A stretch of DNA of 64,000 bases from Eledone cirrhosa. Its lineage: Eukaryota. Of the stretch, positions 13,327-26,839 are shown one piece after another (within the stretch, counting starts at the first letter, position 1; each line of letters begins with the position of its first letter). The stretch lies in assembly GCA_964016885.1 (NCBI GenBank), contig OZ024745.1, forward strand, positions 126,728,001-126,792,000, given 5' to 3'. The position numbers and the translations under genes were made by a program. The notes beneath the pieces are model-generated. The model was given only the letters and a program-made list of their open reading frames with translations, was not told where the DNA came from and made no database searches.

Positions 13327-13378
13327 GTCCAGAAATAGCCGTCGAAACGGCTTGAGCTCTGCCGTCGGGGTCATACTT
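13327..13378 (+). mobile_element. Fragment of the hammerhead-3'-half element (family of 6788 and 35399)
   Basis: gtccagaaatagccgtc-GAAACGGC-ttgagctct-GCCGTC-ggggtca followed by (CT)n/(TA)n. Confidence 0.65.
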
Positions 13379-13397
13379 GTTTCTATCTCTCTCTCTC

Positions 13398-13434
<37 letters not shown>

Positions 13435-13670
13435 CCTCATTTAATATCCATTTTCTCTGCTAGCCAGGATGTGTGTGTATGTTTGTATGCATATATATAT
13501 GTGTACTTGTGTTTACATTTGAGTCTGTGTTTTTGACTGAAACCACTAAAATAATAAAAGAACCTGTTTTAAATAAACATATACATCAGAAATAAGGTAA
13601 TATATTCTTCATAATATTAAAGTTAGTCTTTCTGAAGTCACATCAGGCTAGAGCTTATTTTGGTTTCATG

Positions 13671-13925
13671 TCCATTATAAGGTTTAACCCTCAGATGCTG
13701 CTGGTATGTACTGTTTCATGTGGTGTGAAGTGACAAAGAAGAGACACCAGTCCATTATAAGGTTTAACCCTCAGATGCTGCTAGTATGTACTGTTTCATG
13801 TGGTGTGAAGTGACAGAGAAGAGACACCAGTCCATTATAAGGTTTAACCCTCAGATGCTGCTGGTATGTACTGTTTCATGTGGTGTGAAGTGACAGAGAA
13901 GAGACACCAGTCAATTGTAAGGTTT
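13671..13925. repeat. Tandem repeat, 80-bp unit, three copies plus a partial
   Basis: Units start at 13671, 13751, 13831 and 13911 and are near-identical. Confidence 0.95.
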
Positions 13926-14708
13926 AATCCTTTAGCATTGAAACCGGTTCTATCTTGCCAGAATTCTCACCTCTTTCTGTTTAAACTGGCCGTAACTGGC
14001 CACTCATACTGATGTTAAGGTATTGTCCTCAAAATAAATGATATCAAAATCTTGTAGATTTGATATTATGCGAGATAATTATGTGAAATGAACCCTTTAC
14101 CATGAAAATACAATAGTATATATAGAGTAATGTGAATGCTAAAGAGTTAAGACCCAACATACTGAGATCTAATTTCACTACTATTTCCTGTGTCTTCCTC
14201 AGCTACCCAGCACTAATAACACAATATTTTTATTCTGTCCAATATTAGTTGCAAATACTAGTGCAGTTGTCTCTCTTGCATGTATCAGATGATACGTTCA
14301 ATGCTCAACATCTCAGCTCATTTGTGCTCTGCCTTTCATGCATTTTAACATTTCACATCCAACAGGGTGGGGAGCTGGCAGCAGCATAAGAGAGTTGAAC
14401 AAAATACTTTTGGGGTATTTGTTAAGACCATTTACATTCTGAGTTCAAATCCCACTGAGATCAACTCTGACTTTCGTCCTTCCAGAAGTCGATAAAGTAA
14501 AGTACCAGTAAAGTACTGGGGTAGATGGTACTGGTGGCTTTGAGCCTAAATTAGATATCAACATTACACATCCTTTCATACATCTTGTATAATATACACA
14601 TATGTACAGTAGATAATAGGTGTTAATTAAACATACCCTCTGCTTCCATCTTGAGAACAGTCTGGTGTGATGTTTGATTTTATGTTTTTGAGCGACAATG
14701 CACACTCA

Positions 14709-14890
14709 TAATTGTTTCTACTTTTGACACAAGGCCAGGAATTACCCCAGTGCATTACTGGTGCTTTATTTTATCGACCCTGTCAGGATGAAAGTCAAAG
14801 TTAATCTCAGCAGGATTTGAACTTAGATCATAAAGGGCCGTAACTCTATACTGCAAAGCATGGCATCCGACCCTCTACCGATACTGCCAA
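14709..14890 (-). mobile_element. SINE family A
   Basis: Reverse complement of the family consensus. Confidence 0.8.
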
Positions 14891-15347
14891 TACACAGTCA
14901 TAATATGGTGTCACAAGTAAAATCAGTAGACAGTTGTAAGACATATAGCAGAAGTTTTATCTTGTTCATATTTTACTTTAGTTAGTAGGTGTCCAACATA
15001 TTTTACTTAGTCAACACAGAACTCAGTTTTCCTTGAATTCACTTTTAGACTTCTGTCTGTCCATCATTTCAAAACAGGCTGTAATATTCACTCTTTGACT
15101 CAGAGAACATTAATATATTGTTCATAACTTCCAAACCTTCAAACAAATTCATTATAGAAGCTTGAGACACTTCACAAGATGATTTGTTCTGAAAGGAAGT
15201 TTGTTGAACACAACTCTACCTACTGAACTGTTTGATATAGTTACTTTGCTCCTCCTTGGACAGTTTTATTTGGTAAAAACTTTTCTCAGTACCCAATACT
15301 TTGAAATAGTAAACATATGATATTCTAGCAATGACTTCCCCAATAAT

Positions 15348-15555
15348 GGATATTGTGCACATTTAATAATTTTATTAAAATCTATCGGATCAATACCTGA
15401 AGGAAAGTGTGCACATTCAATAATTCTGTTTAAATCTATCAGATCAATACTTTGAGGATATTGTGCACATTTCATAATTTTGTTAAAATCTATCGGATCA
15501 ATACTTTGAGGATATTGTGCACATTTAATAATTTTATTAAAATTAGATCAATACA
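15348..15555. repeat. Imperfect ~54-bp tandem repeat, four copies
   Basis: GGATATTGTGCACATTT...AAATCTATCGGATCAATAC repeated. Confidence 0.85.
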
Positions 15556-17569
15556 TATGTGCAGTCTATTATTTCCATTCTTCCCAGCTAACAGGCTATC
15601 AACCTTTAGATACAAGAAATGGTGTGAAGAACTGCCAATGATCTTGATTGTGTCCTTGTAAATGTGATGAAGAGTTAATAAAAGTTGCAGATAAAAGAAA
15701 CAAAAATTACCTCTGCAAAGCAATAAGAAAATGTATATCATTTGACTTACTAGAAATAGTACCTAAATCTCCCTATAATCACACATGACTGAGAAAATGA
15801 CATGTTGTATAATGTCATATTGAGTTCCTTAAACATAGGCAAATAGATAGATGTTCAAACTTGGAGAAGGATGGGCTCTGCCAGGTTTAAAATACTTAAG
15901 AAACAATATATATCATAACAGTGCCCTTACAACTTTACCAGGAGTTACAGGTCAATACATTCATACAATATTGATGAGTCATATGAAGTTCTTGATCAAA
16001 CAAGTGAGCCAATAAATACCATTTCATCTGTGACTGAAACAGTTACATGAACAAGAAGAATTAGAAAGACAATAAATGGTAGTTACACCTGCTGAAACAG
16101 TGGAAGACTTAATCATAAACCATCTTACCTAGCAACAAGCTATCAATGTTAGATGGCTATCTAAAACTTACTGTGTTGTTTATTATTATAACTGAAATTT
16201 AGAGATGCTGTGAAGTAACACAGCCTTTGGATAACCAGCTACAAAAACAATTTCAATATCCTGAAAATAATCAGTTAAAAGGAAAGGGATGTGCTCACAA
16301 TTATCTACCTGTACTTGTGTTGTATATTATACATGTATGCACAATAGGTAATGGGTGTCATTAAAACCTACTTTCAACTTTTATCTTGAGAATATTTTAG
16401 TATGCAGCTTCATTATAATAATGTTCACCACATTTCGCTATAGGTCTTCTATATTCAAAGCCCAGGTCTTATTACAATGCAACAACACATTCCTTACCCA
16501 TATTTCAAGCAGTCTGTCTTTTGCATATAAAAATATAACCTTTGTTGCAATTATATCAAACTCCATCTTGTATAAACTGGCAGTCATCTCACTGTACCCC
16601 TCTCTCTATAACATTAACTAACAAATACACAAGTACTCAAAGTAGTGAGCCTTGAATAGCAGGCTGTGTTATCCACTACTGTATATAATCTACTTGTTTT
16701 TTAATAACATGGTAAAATTTATCAAGGGTTCCTTTAGTACGAAAAACATAGTTGCATAGGGGCTAACATAGTTAATAAAGAGGGCAAAAGAAACTTTAAT
16801 CAATTAATATTAGACACATTATGAAGAGAAAATCCAGATTAGATTTACTTCACAAAATATTTTAATCAATTTGGATTTTGGAGTTATCTCCCTTTCCTTT
16901 CTTGTCAAGAATTATCATACATGATTTTTTTCCTCTCTTCATATTACTTAGTTACCTTAGTCGACATAACCTATGGATAGATAAACTAAAAGAAATAAGG
17001 TAATGTATCTTGATAAAGAACGAATACCTTCAGTCCTTAGGTGAGTGATATTTAGAGTGGTGATTCTCCCAAACACCTATCTGGCCTTTCATCATTCCTA
17101 TCATTTCATCTCCACCCTCAGATCTTGTACTAAATATTTTGCATAATCATTTCTTCCCAGAATTGCAAATATTTGGTATTTGCTCCTGGTTCCTATTTTC
17201 GTACCAATCGTGACCTGTAGGAATTCAAGCTAAACATCAAACTCTTCAATCACAGTAGTGTAGAATGGCTTACAAAGGCCCATGGACCTACCTAGACAAC
17301 TAAGTTTAGTACAATAACAATAATCATCACCATCATCCTCATCAGAATGTTAGCTGTTTGTTTAAAACATTCCTTACAATATATGTAAGGAAACACACTG
17401 ACAACAATTTTCAAATAATATTTTAAATAATCAAGAATTTAGATGGACCTAGTAATATAACTTTCACCTTATTAAAATCGTGTTTGGAGCATAATTTAAA
17501 ACATTCTTTACAGTATTTTTAATGAAACACACTGACTACAATTTTCAAATATCTAAAATAATTAATCGA

Positions 17570-18535
17570 TACTGTAAAGTGGTCGTGTAGGTGTCACGAC
17601 AAAAAGCACCCAGTCAACATTATAAAGTGGTCATGTAGGTGTCATGACAAAAAGCACCCAATCAACACTATAAAGTGGTCATGTAGGTGTCACGACAAAA
17701 AGCACCCAATCAACACTATAAAGTGGTCATGTAGGTGTCACGACAAAAAGCACCCAGTCAACACTATAAAGTGGTCGTGTAGGTGTCATGACAAAAAGCA
17801 CCCAGTCAACACTATAAAGTGGTCATGTAGGTGTCACGACAAAAAGCACCCAATCAACACTATAAAGTGGTCGTGTAGGTGTCATGACAAAAAGCACCCA
17901 ATCAACACTATAAAGTGGTCATGTAGGTGTCACGACAAAAAGCACCCAGTCAACACTATAAAGTGGTTGTGTAGGTGTCATGACAAAAAGCACCTAATCA
18001 ACACTATAAAGTGGTCATGTAGGTGTCACGACAAAAAGCACCCAATCAACACTATAAAGTGGTCGTGTAGGTGTCATGACAAAAAGCACCCAGTCAACAC
18101 TATAAAGTGGTCATGTAGGTGTCATGTCAAAAAGCACCCAGTCAACACTATAAAGTGGTCGTGTAGGTGTCATGACAAAAAGCACCCAGTCAACACTATA
18201 AAGTGATCGTGTAGGTGTCATGACAAAAAGCACCCAGTCAACACTATAAAGTGATCGTGTAGGTGTCATGACAAAAAGCACCCAATTCACACTGTAAAGT
18301 GGTTGTGTAGGTGTCACGACAAAAAGCACCCAATCAACACTATAAAGTGATCGTGTTGGTGTCACGACAAAAAGCACCCAGTTCACACTGTAAGGTGGTC
18401 GTGTAGGTGTCGCAACAAAAAACACCCAGTCAACACTATAAAGTGGTTGTGTAGGCAACACGGCAAAAAGTACTGTCCACATTGTAAATGAAGTTGGCTT
18501 TAGGAAGGGCATCCAGCTATAGAAACCAAGCCAAA
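17570..18535 (+). repeat. 48-bp minisatellite (~19 units) amplified from an internal segment of SINE family B
   Basis: Unit ACACTATAAAGTGGTCRTGTAGGTGTCAYGACAAAAAGCACCCARTCA; array runs into the SINE B sequence TAGGAAGGGCATCCAGC. Confidence 0.9.
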
Positions 18536-18964
18536 ATGAGTTCTGTGTGAGCGTATCATGGTCCCCCGACCCTATCCCTTACAAACGTTATTATATAAAA
18601 TTATGATTACTTTTTATATAAATAATTAGTTACACTAATTGACCAAGAATGAATTGTCCAATCATGAGGAAAGTCAGATAAAGTTGTCAGTTAGTTATTT
18701 ATAGGTGTCTTAGTTGATAGTTGATGGTGGTAGTGATGGGAGGGGGTCCTATCTAATTTATCAATTATCTGTGGTGGTGAGTGAGGAGGAGTTAGGTCAC
18801 TTGATTAATGAGAACAAGAAGAAGAAGAAGTGAATGAGGGCAACATAAAAACAATGGATTGACAGAAGGGAGAAGAAACAGGGATCTCAGACATAATATA
18901 GGCTAAGACAGATAGTTAAGGAAAACGAATGATAGAGGAAGAGAGAAAACCTAGAAACCAATTA

Positions 18965-19245
18965 GACAGAGACAAGGAAGAGAGAGAGGGGAGAGCGAGA
19001 TAGAGAAACAGAGAGGGGGAGAGAGAGGGGGGGGGATAGAGAAACAGAGAGAGGGGGGGATAAAGAGAAACAGAGAAAGAGAGAGAGGGAGATAGAGAAA
19101 CAGAGAGAGAGGGGGAGGGAGATAGAGAGAGGGGGGGAGATAGAGAAACAGAGAGAGAAAGAGATGAAGGGAGATAGAGAGAGGATGAAGGGAGATAGAG
19201 AGAGGATGAAGGGAGATAGAGAGAGGAGGAAGGAGGGAGAGAGGC
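18965..19245. repeat. GA-rich polypurine low-complexity tract
   Basis: Direct inspection. Confidence 0.9.
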
Positions 19246-19773
19246 AAAAGAAAATTAGAAATGGTAAAGAAGACAGGTTAACAACACTGCTACTGATGAA
19301 TGTTCCACATTCCATACATGTCATCAACAGCAGAAAATAACAAGTCAATCAGAATAAATACATAGCATTAGGTCTGTGCATTCCTGGTCTTGTTTAGTTC
19401 CAAATCAATCATGATTGAGAACACCTATGATGAAAGGTATTCCTACCATGACCATCCTGTATTTTGTTTTCTAGGTATAGTGTGTATTAGACTACACTTT
19501 CCATTCTAAGACAGGATAGAATCCATGGTGGTTTGAGAGAGATTTAGCTGCTATTTCTAGTCGGTCAAGAGACCACATAGAGACTCCCTTTTTTAACATG
19601 AAGTGTGTCTGGATGGAGAAGATGGCTATGTGTGGTGTGTACTGGTGTCTAAGCATCAAAATGGTTAAATGGTGATGGTGGTATGAGGAACCAGATGCAT
19701 CGCTAGCTGGTGTTTCATATGCAAAAATAGTATATAAGCTATAGCTTATTCTTGTCTATGTACCGAGTAAATA

Positions 19774-19820
19774 AATGACACTGATGATGGATAAGAATTC
19801 AGAAACACGTGTCTGACATT
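19774..19820 (+). ncRNA. Minimal type I hammerhead ribozyme (Penelope-type)
   Basis: AAUGACA-CUGAUGA-UGGAU-AAGA-AUUCA-GAA-AC-ACGU-GU-C-UGACAUU; palindromic stem III loop; predicted cleavage after 19813; one stem I mismatch; TATATAAG at 19731-19738. Confidence 0.85.
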
Positions 19821-20460
19821 CTCACATGGCTACTGAGATAATGTGACATGAACACAGGTTAAAATATTCATAGCAAGACTCTTGTTTATTAATTACACAT
19901 AAATATATTGTATATGCCTTGATATATTATTATGAACTGCTCTATGTTAGTGCCATTACTAATTTGAAGAATGAAACAAAAATTTCTCTCTCTCTTTCTT
20001 TCTCTCTCTCTCTCACACACATATCACATAACATGGACTCCTTGGATGTTTGTTGATGTGATGTGAATTACGCTTTTGAAATGATGACTGTTTATATAAT
20101 TTTACTAGAAACACTTTGCTTCCATTAGATGGACTTGTCAGTTGTCAGAAAACAAAGATAAAATAAGACAGGTAGTAATCTAAAGGAATTAGCAAAAATA
20201 TAGAGTTGCAAAGAGACACATTTCTTTGTGTCTGTCTAATTGACTGCTTTGCTTGAAAATACAAACAATTCTCGTGCTGATCATGATTAAAATTATATAA
20301 ATAACAGACACATGAGAGTAAGACTTTTCGCCAATTTCATATATATCCCTCGGCGGGATTTGAACCCAGACCATAAAGGGCCGTAACTCTTTGCTGCAAA
20401 GCATGGCGTCTGACCCTCTACCGATACTGCCAAATCCACTGCCCTATATATATATATATA

Positions 20461-20661
20461 TCATAGGGTATAAGTATCATAGGAGAGGAGGAATTAGAGC
20501 GGTGCAATACAGATTACTAAATGCCAATAGCTGAAGTGGGATGTGCTCAATGCTTGGGTTAACAGAGTTAATATATAGTGTATAGTTTAAGCAGAGCAGG
20601 AATAAGCAAATGAATGAATGAAGGAGTTACAAATCGTTAATTCCTTCATTCGTTTGCTTAT
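20461..20661 (-). mobile_element. (TA)n-flanked element with terminal hairpin (20602-20661), retrozyme/Penelope-like
   Basis: Inverted repeat TAAGCAAATGAATGAAGGA / TCCTTCATTCGTTTGCTTA; motif variant GTGCTCAATG at 20543. Confidence 0.5.
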
Positions 20662-22919
20662 ATATATATATAAATGGAAAAAATGAAACGAAATTTCATT
20701 TCTCACTCTTAGTACGGCTGTTACTTATATGTATACGTCTGTATACATATATGTATGTACGTATGCATACTTATATATATATAATCAAGGATTTTTCATA
20801 TTTCCAAACTAATGTTTTATATTTTATTTGGAATATTTGGAAACAATATATTTCCAAAGCCCATTGTTTTTGAAACAGCTTCAAAGTCACAATTCCTGGA
20901 TGAAATTAGGCAATGTTTACCCCCCCCCCCCTTTACCAGCAAGAAACATAGTAATGTTCTAGTGTCTGTTTCTCATCAATGAACTTTAAATTGAATTTTC
21001 TGCCCTTTTGACGTCAGATATCTTGTATCAATTAGGAGTAAATACATTGACTATAGCATCTGTTGTTAGTTTGTTACTACGATGCACTATTATATTTTGT
21101 TATTAATGCAGTTTCCTAGGATAGTGGATTACAGGCTCGATTGAGCACCAAATGAAGTTTTGTGTGCTATCTAGTTGCATCTCTTTGCGTTCTGAATTCA
21201 AATTATACTAGGTTAATCCTTTAGCATTTACATTACTCTATATTTACTATTGTATTTTTACTGTAAAGGCTTCATTTCACATAATTATCTAACATAATAC
21301 TGAATCTATGAGATTTTGATATTATTTATTTTAAGAACAATACCTTAACATAACTATGAGCATCCAGTTATGGCCAGTTTGAACAGATATGGCTGGTTTA
21401 AATTCTAAATGGTTAAAACATTGTCTTTCATCCTTGAAGAGTTGATACAATAATTACCTGTCAATCAATTGTTCCTTACTTAATGTGTGTACCAATGCTA
21501 GAAATCATTATAAATTCCACCAAGGTGTGTGTCCACTATAAACTATAAATTCAACTGTAAATATCAATGTTGAGATCTCCATGAATCTAATATTTATATG
21601 AAACATGCAAGGGAAAAACTAGATCTTATATAGAAATCCATGCCACATACACTAAACTAGAAGACTAGTAATACAATCCATATTAATTTTTAAAAATCAT
21701 CATCAAAACTCAACACAGATAACAATAATACAGCCTGGGGTCTAACTAATAGAATACACAATGGTCAAACCATTTTCTTAAAGAAATTTGATGTCAACAG
21801 TCAGAAAAATTAAAGTTCTCTTAAACCTTTAGCATTTACATTACTCTATATATACTTTTGTAATTCCACAGTAAAGGTTTTACCTCACATAATTATCTCC
21901 CATAATATTGAATCTATGAGATTTTGATATCATTTATTTTGAAAACAATACCTTAACATAGGTATGAGCAGCTGGTTACAGCCGGTTTGAACAGAAAGAG
22001 GTTAGAGAATTCTGGCCGGATATGGACGGTTTAAATGCTAATGGGTTAATGGTAATAAATAGGTGACAAAGCAGGGTTGCTATGTTTCTTACCTAAATCA
22101 AAGTATGAACAAAACCAGAAAAAAATGAGAGCTATCATTACATTCACCTTTGGAATATAAGAATTTATTGATTCTGATGAACCATAAAAGACTAAGAAAG
22201 ATATATAAACATACCCAATAAAAAACTAGCAAATGATTATGTTCACAAAAAAGCATGTTTAAAAAGAAAGCTTTAACGTATATTATCATCATTATTCATC
22301 ATTTAACATCCATTTTCCTTGCTAAATGGGTCATCACAGACCAAGTCAGTATTCAAGCAGTGCTACTGGCCTTTCAGATGGGCTAGAAGCTCAGATCTTG
22401 CTTACATACACTCCCAGAATTTTATTTAGTGCTAAAATAGGCTGATAGCCCACATCTCACATATATGTTCCTGCACTCTAACAAATGCATTATATCATGA
22501 CACCAGCACTAGGGAGGTTGTCATATCTTTGATACACCTGAAAGATTCCTCAACCATTTTGTTTGGCAGGTTTTCTAAAGCTGGGTGCCCTTCTTATCAC
22601 TATTTCATATATATATAGGTAGTGTTGGTGCCACAACAAAATGCATCCAATCCACTCTGTAAAGTGGTAATGTTGGTGTCATGATAAAATGCACCCAGTA
22701 CATAGAGTAAAGTGGTTATCATTAGGAAAGGTAACCAGCCATAGAAAGTATACCAAAATGAAATGTATGAGCAAAACCCAATCATTTGATCTGTCAAGTT
22801 TGTAAATACCTATCCAACTCATGCCAGTATAGAAAACTAATGTAAAACATTAATGATGTAGCAAAATTGTAGGTAACCTAATAGAAAAGCTTGACTTTGT
22901 ATGGGAGAGATGCAAAAGT

Positions 22920-23545
22920 ATAGTTATTAGTAAGAGCCCCAAGGTAATAAACTTTCTCCAATCCCAGGAAAACTCCATAGAAGTAGTTTATATCTTCTCT
23001 TACCTAGGTAACCTAATTAACAGTGGAAGAGGTGGCTCTGAAAGCAAAGTAGCTAGAATAAAAACAGGATGGGAAAAGTTCAAAGTCCTTCTACCTCTGT
23101 TGATAATAATATATTCTGTCTATGAACAAAAGACCAGCTGTATGTTGCCTGTGTGTGATGTTGTATGGCAGTGAAACATAGGCAGTAAATGCAAAAGATA
23201 TGTTAAGGCTGGAGAGAAATGAAACAAGAATGCATCAATGGATGTGTGATGTTAATATACATGAACGGCAAAGCATGGATAAACTGAAAGAAAAACTAAG
23301 TTCAAATGTAGTGTGCAAGAGAGAAAACTGTACTGGTATGGACCTGTAATGTATATGGATGTTGCTTGGATGGAGAAGTGCCATAAGTTCCTAGTGGAAG
23401 GAACCTGCAGAAGAGGAAGACCAAGGAAGATCTGGGCAGATGTGGTAAGAGCAGATCTCAAAACTCTAAACCTCACAGAGGAGATAACGAAGGAATGCAG
23501 CTTGGAGAGAAGTTGTGCTGAAAAAGACCCATCCAACCCCTGCAA
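22920..23545 (+). mobile_element. Degenerate RTE/BovB-like LINE 3' portion
   Basis: ORF 23313: QERKLYWYGPV...VEGTCRRGRPRKIWADVVRADL. Confidence 0.8.
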
Positions 23546-23579
23546 ATATATAACAATGTTTTTCCATGCTTACATATGT

Positions 23580-24720
23580 TAAACGAGTCTTTGCAAACAC
23601 TGCTTCTCTCGAGTTGTCTTTTTCTTTTGTCATCTCTTTTGTAAGGTTTAGCATCCTGAGATCTGCCTTCACCATCTCTCCTCACATCTTCCACTCAAAA
23701 TCTATTACATCTTCCTCACCCAATGATGATGATCATCATTGTTTTTACATCCGCTTTTTCATGCTTGCATGGGTTGGATGGGCCTTCTCAGCACAGCATT
23801 TCTACATGTCATCATCTCTGTGGGTCTTAGTGATTTGAGATCAGTTCTCACAACCTCTACATAAGTCTTTCCTGGTCTACCTCTACTGCAATGTCCTTCC
23901 ACTGATATTTCCTGGCACTTCTTCATCCAACAATCATTGTCCATGCACAAACCAACAGTCCTCTCTCCTGCACACTTCCTGGAATTCCTCTTAAATCCAG
24001 CTTCTCCTTCAACTCATCCAAGTTCTGCCTCCCTCTCACACTTACATTGCACATCCAACAGAGAATGGTTGCTTCATTTCTCTCCAGTCTATGCATGTCC
24101 TCCACAGTCACAGCCCATGCTTGACTACCATGCAGCACTGCACTTTGCACACAGGTATCATACAGTTGCCCTTTTGTACATAAAAAGAAAACTTTTGTGC
24201 TCAACGATGGGAGTAGCTCCCTGAACTTCTTCCATCCTATCCTTATTCTATCTATTTAGCTCTCAGAGCAGCCTCCTCCATTGTTAATTATGTTGCCTAG
24301 ATAGCAGAAGCTATCAACCACTTCCATAGGTCCTTCCTGAGACTAGAATAGGCTTACAACATTGGTTATCTTCCCCTTGGTTACCCCTGTGCATCCTCTA
24401 AACAAAGTCTTCCCTTCCTGTTAGCTTACTTGTTATCCCACTACATCTCTTACATTGTGTACATTGTATGGAGTTTATGCCTACTCCCTTTCAACATACT
24501 GAGCCATCCATATATATTTCATGCCTGTACAAAAGCAATCTTCTCCTATGCACACTACATCTGATTCTTCCTATTCTCAGTTTTCTCTCAAATCAGTATT
24601 TTGTCATTTATATTCACTAACATTACATATCTACAGAGTATGTTCAGTCTCTTTCTTTCTTTCTAGCCTTCACATATCCTCAGTATTTAATGTCCACATC
24701 ACACTATCATGCAATATCAT
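23580..24720 (-). mobile_element. Degenerate RTE/BovB-like LINE fragments, inverted relative to 22920-23545
   Basis: ORFs 23923 (KGQLYDTCVQSAVLHGSQAW...RLERNE) and 23759 (RGRPGKT). Confidence 0.8.
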
Positions 24721-26336
24721 GTAAAGCATGACTTTGTCTTTCAAGCAGAGTAATGGCAGAAACTACATTTAATTTCAAACTTTTCTATTCTGAGTTCATA
24801 TCTTGTCAAGCTTGACTTTGCCTGACAGGAAGTATAGTGACAACAGTATTTAATTTCATGCCTTTACATTTGGAGTTCAAATCCTATCAAGCCTGACATT
24901 GTCTTTCATTCTTTCTGCATGTACTAGATATGTAGTGTTGTTGATTCAAGTAACTATTCCCTCTGCAGTGGTAAGAGTTGTAGACTTAATCATAAGCTCC
25001 ATGAAAACCAACAATGTGATACAATTTTAGTAAAAAAAAAATCATTAAATTTTATTTATAAGCAAAACAAAAACGAATAATGTGTTCTTCCACAAATGTT
25101 TCAAGTGTCTGGATTATGCATGCATGGAGCAGTCACAGAAGCCGATCAGCTCCATGTAGCTCTGATCTATTGTTTATTTGTGACTTCTGTGAGTTGATGA
25201 TTAGAGCCTCTATAATTCATAAATTCCCCACATTCCATTCTGGTAAGGAAGAACACAGCATTCATTTTTGTTTTTGCATTTTGAAAAGAATGTATTAACC
25301 TTGAAATATTATGTTGAAATATACTGGGACAGAAAAACATCACTGTTTTTTTTTTGTTTTAATTGTCATCTTCACCTTTTATTTCTACCACATTCTACTG
25401 GCTTTCTGAAATACTTATCAATCATTTATTACACACACACAGTCTAAACACTGTAAATGTGGTTGGTGTAAAGAAGGGCATCCAGCAGCCAGGTTCAGCA
25501 TGGCCAACTGACCAGACTTGTTTCATAATGTGGACAACTTGTCTAACCTATGCAACTATGCAAACATGAAAAAATAGACGTTAAATGGAGATGATAATAA
25601 TGATGATGATATATATATATATACATTAAGAAAAGGAAGAGAGAGTTTATATTCCAATGCTGAGTATTGAAATGTTAACACCTCTTCAATGTCAAAATCA
25701 AAAACAGACCATTTTTTATTTACATTTGTACTTCCTATCTGACGACAACACATTGAATAATTATTGAATAAAGACTTTAGATGCCTTTGAAATGTACATA
25801 ACAGACTATTTATTTCCTCTTATGTACACTGATACAACAATTATTTTAATTGCACAATTGAGTAATTAGTAACCATCAGGAAGAACATCTGAACAAAGCA
25901 CCCAGTCCACCCTGTGAGTTGGTTGTGCTAGTGCCATGACAAAAAGAACCAGTCCACTCTGTAAGGTGGTTGTACTGGTGCCATGTAAAAGAACAGTCCA
26001 TTATGTAGGTGGTAAAGCTGGTGTCACAGAAAAAGTTCCCAGTACAAGCTATAAAGTGATTAGTGTTAAGAAAAGCATCCAACCATAGCAAACCAGGCCA
26101 AATGAGCAATATGGTCACCTGGCTGGTCTCACCTCAAACCCATGCAAGCATCGAAAACAGACATAAAACAGTGAGGATGAAAGTGATAATGATGATGATC
26201 TTAATCAGCAAAACAACCCAATTCAATTCATTGAAGATCAAAAAATAAAATAAAATAAAATAAAACAAGAATAAAAAAAATAGAAAACAAATTATTGTTA
26301 TTTTAAAGTATTCTTGTAAATAGAAAAAGTACTTAC

Positions 26337-26839
26337 GAATGCAGAGTTGCAAGGGCTTGTCCCATTTCTTCAATTCTAAAAGTGTTTTGATTTAGCATGT
26401 CAATGGAAGGGACAAATATACAAGCAGATTCCGGGGAAGGTGCATAAAATTGACTCTTAGCAATTGTCTGTACAATCTCCATAAATTCAGGAGAGATGGG
26501 CTGGGAAATACCAATTCCTTTCTCATCCACAAATTTCTCAAAAGGATATACATATACACTTATTTTAGTTTCATCATTGTAACCACAGTGATAAACATCC
26601 ATACATGTGTGGAAGATGCAGTCTTGATTATGAGGTAATGGATGGATGTGAGATGGAGTTATTTTAACTTCTTTACTTTTATCAGCAGTATAGAAAGAGA
26701 AATGGTAAGCTTCAGGTGGTTTGTTTGACTGAGGCCAAAACAAAATGGCTGTTACCATTAATGTGAAGACCAGTATTAATAAAAAGAACAAGTAACTGTT
26801 TTTATAAAATGTTCGCATCATTCTAGGTCTCCCAACCAT
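26337..26839 (-). CDS. EXT2: Exostosin-2 (heparan sulfate co-polymerase), first coding exon
   Basis: Type II TM segment, then CIFHTCMDVYHCGYN...KISVYVY...KFVD...ACIFVPSIDMLNQNTFRI, matching EXT2 (human CRMHTCFDVYRCGFN...ACLFVPSIDVLNQNTLRI). Phase-2 donor TC|GTAAGT at 26336; pyrimidine-rich CAG acceptor at 26866-26868, so the exon spans 26337-26865. Confidence 0.95.

Noticed and set aside
17570-18490. CRISPR-like regular array
   Set aside because: Units are contiguous with no unique spacers, derive from a SINE, and no cas genes are present in this eukaryotic DNA.
19290-19320. CTGATGA followed by a small hairpin
   Set aside because: No GAAA box follows, so it is not a hammerhead.
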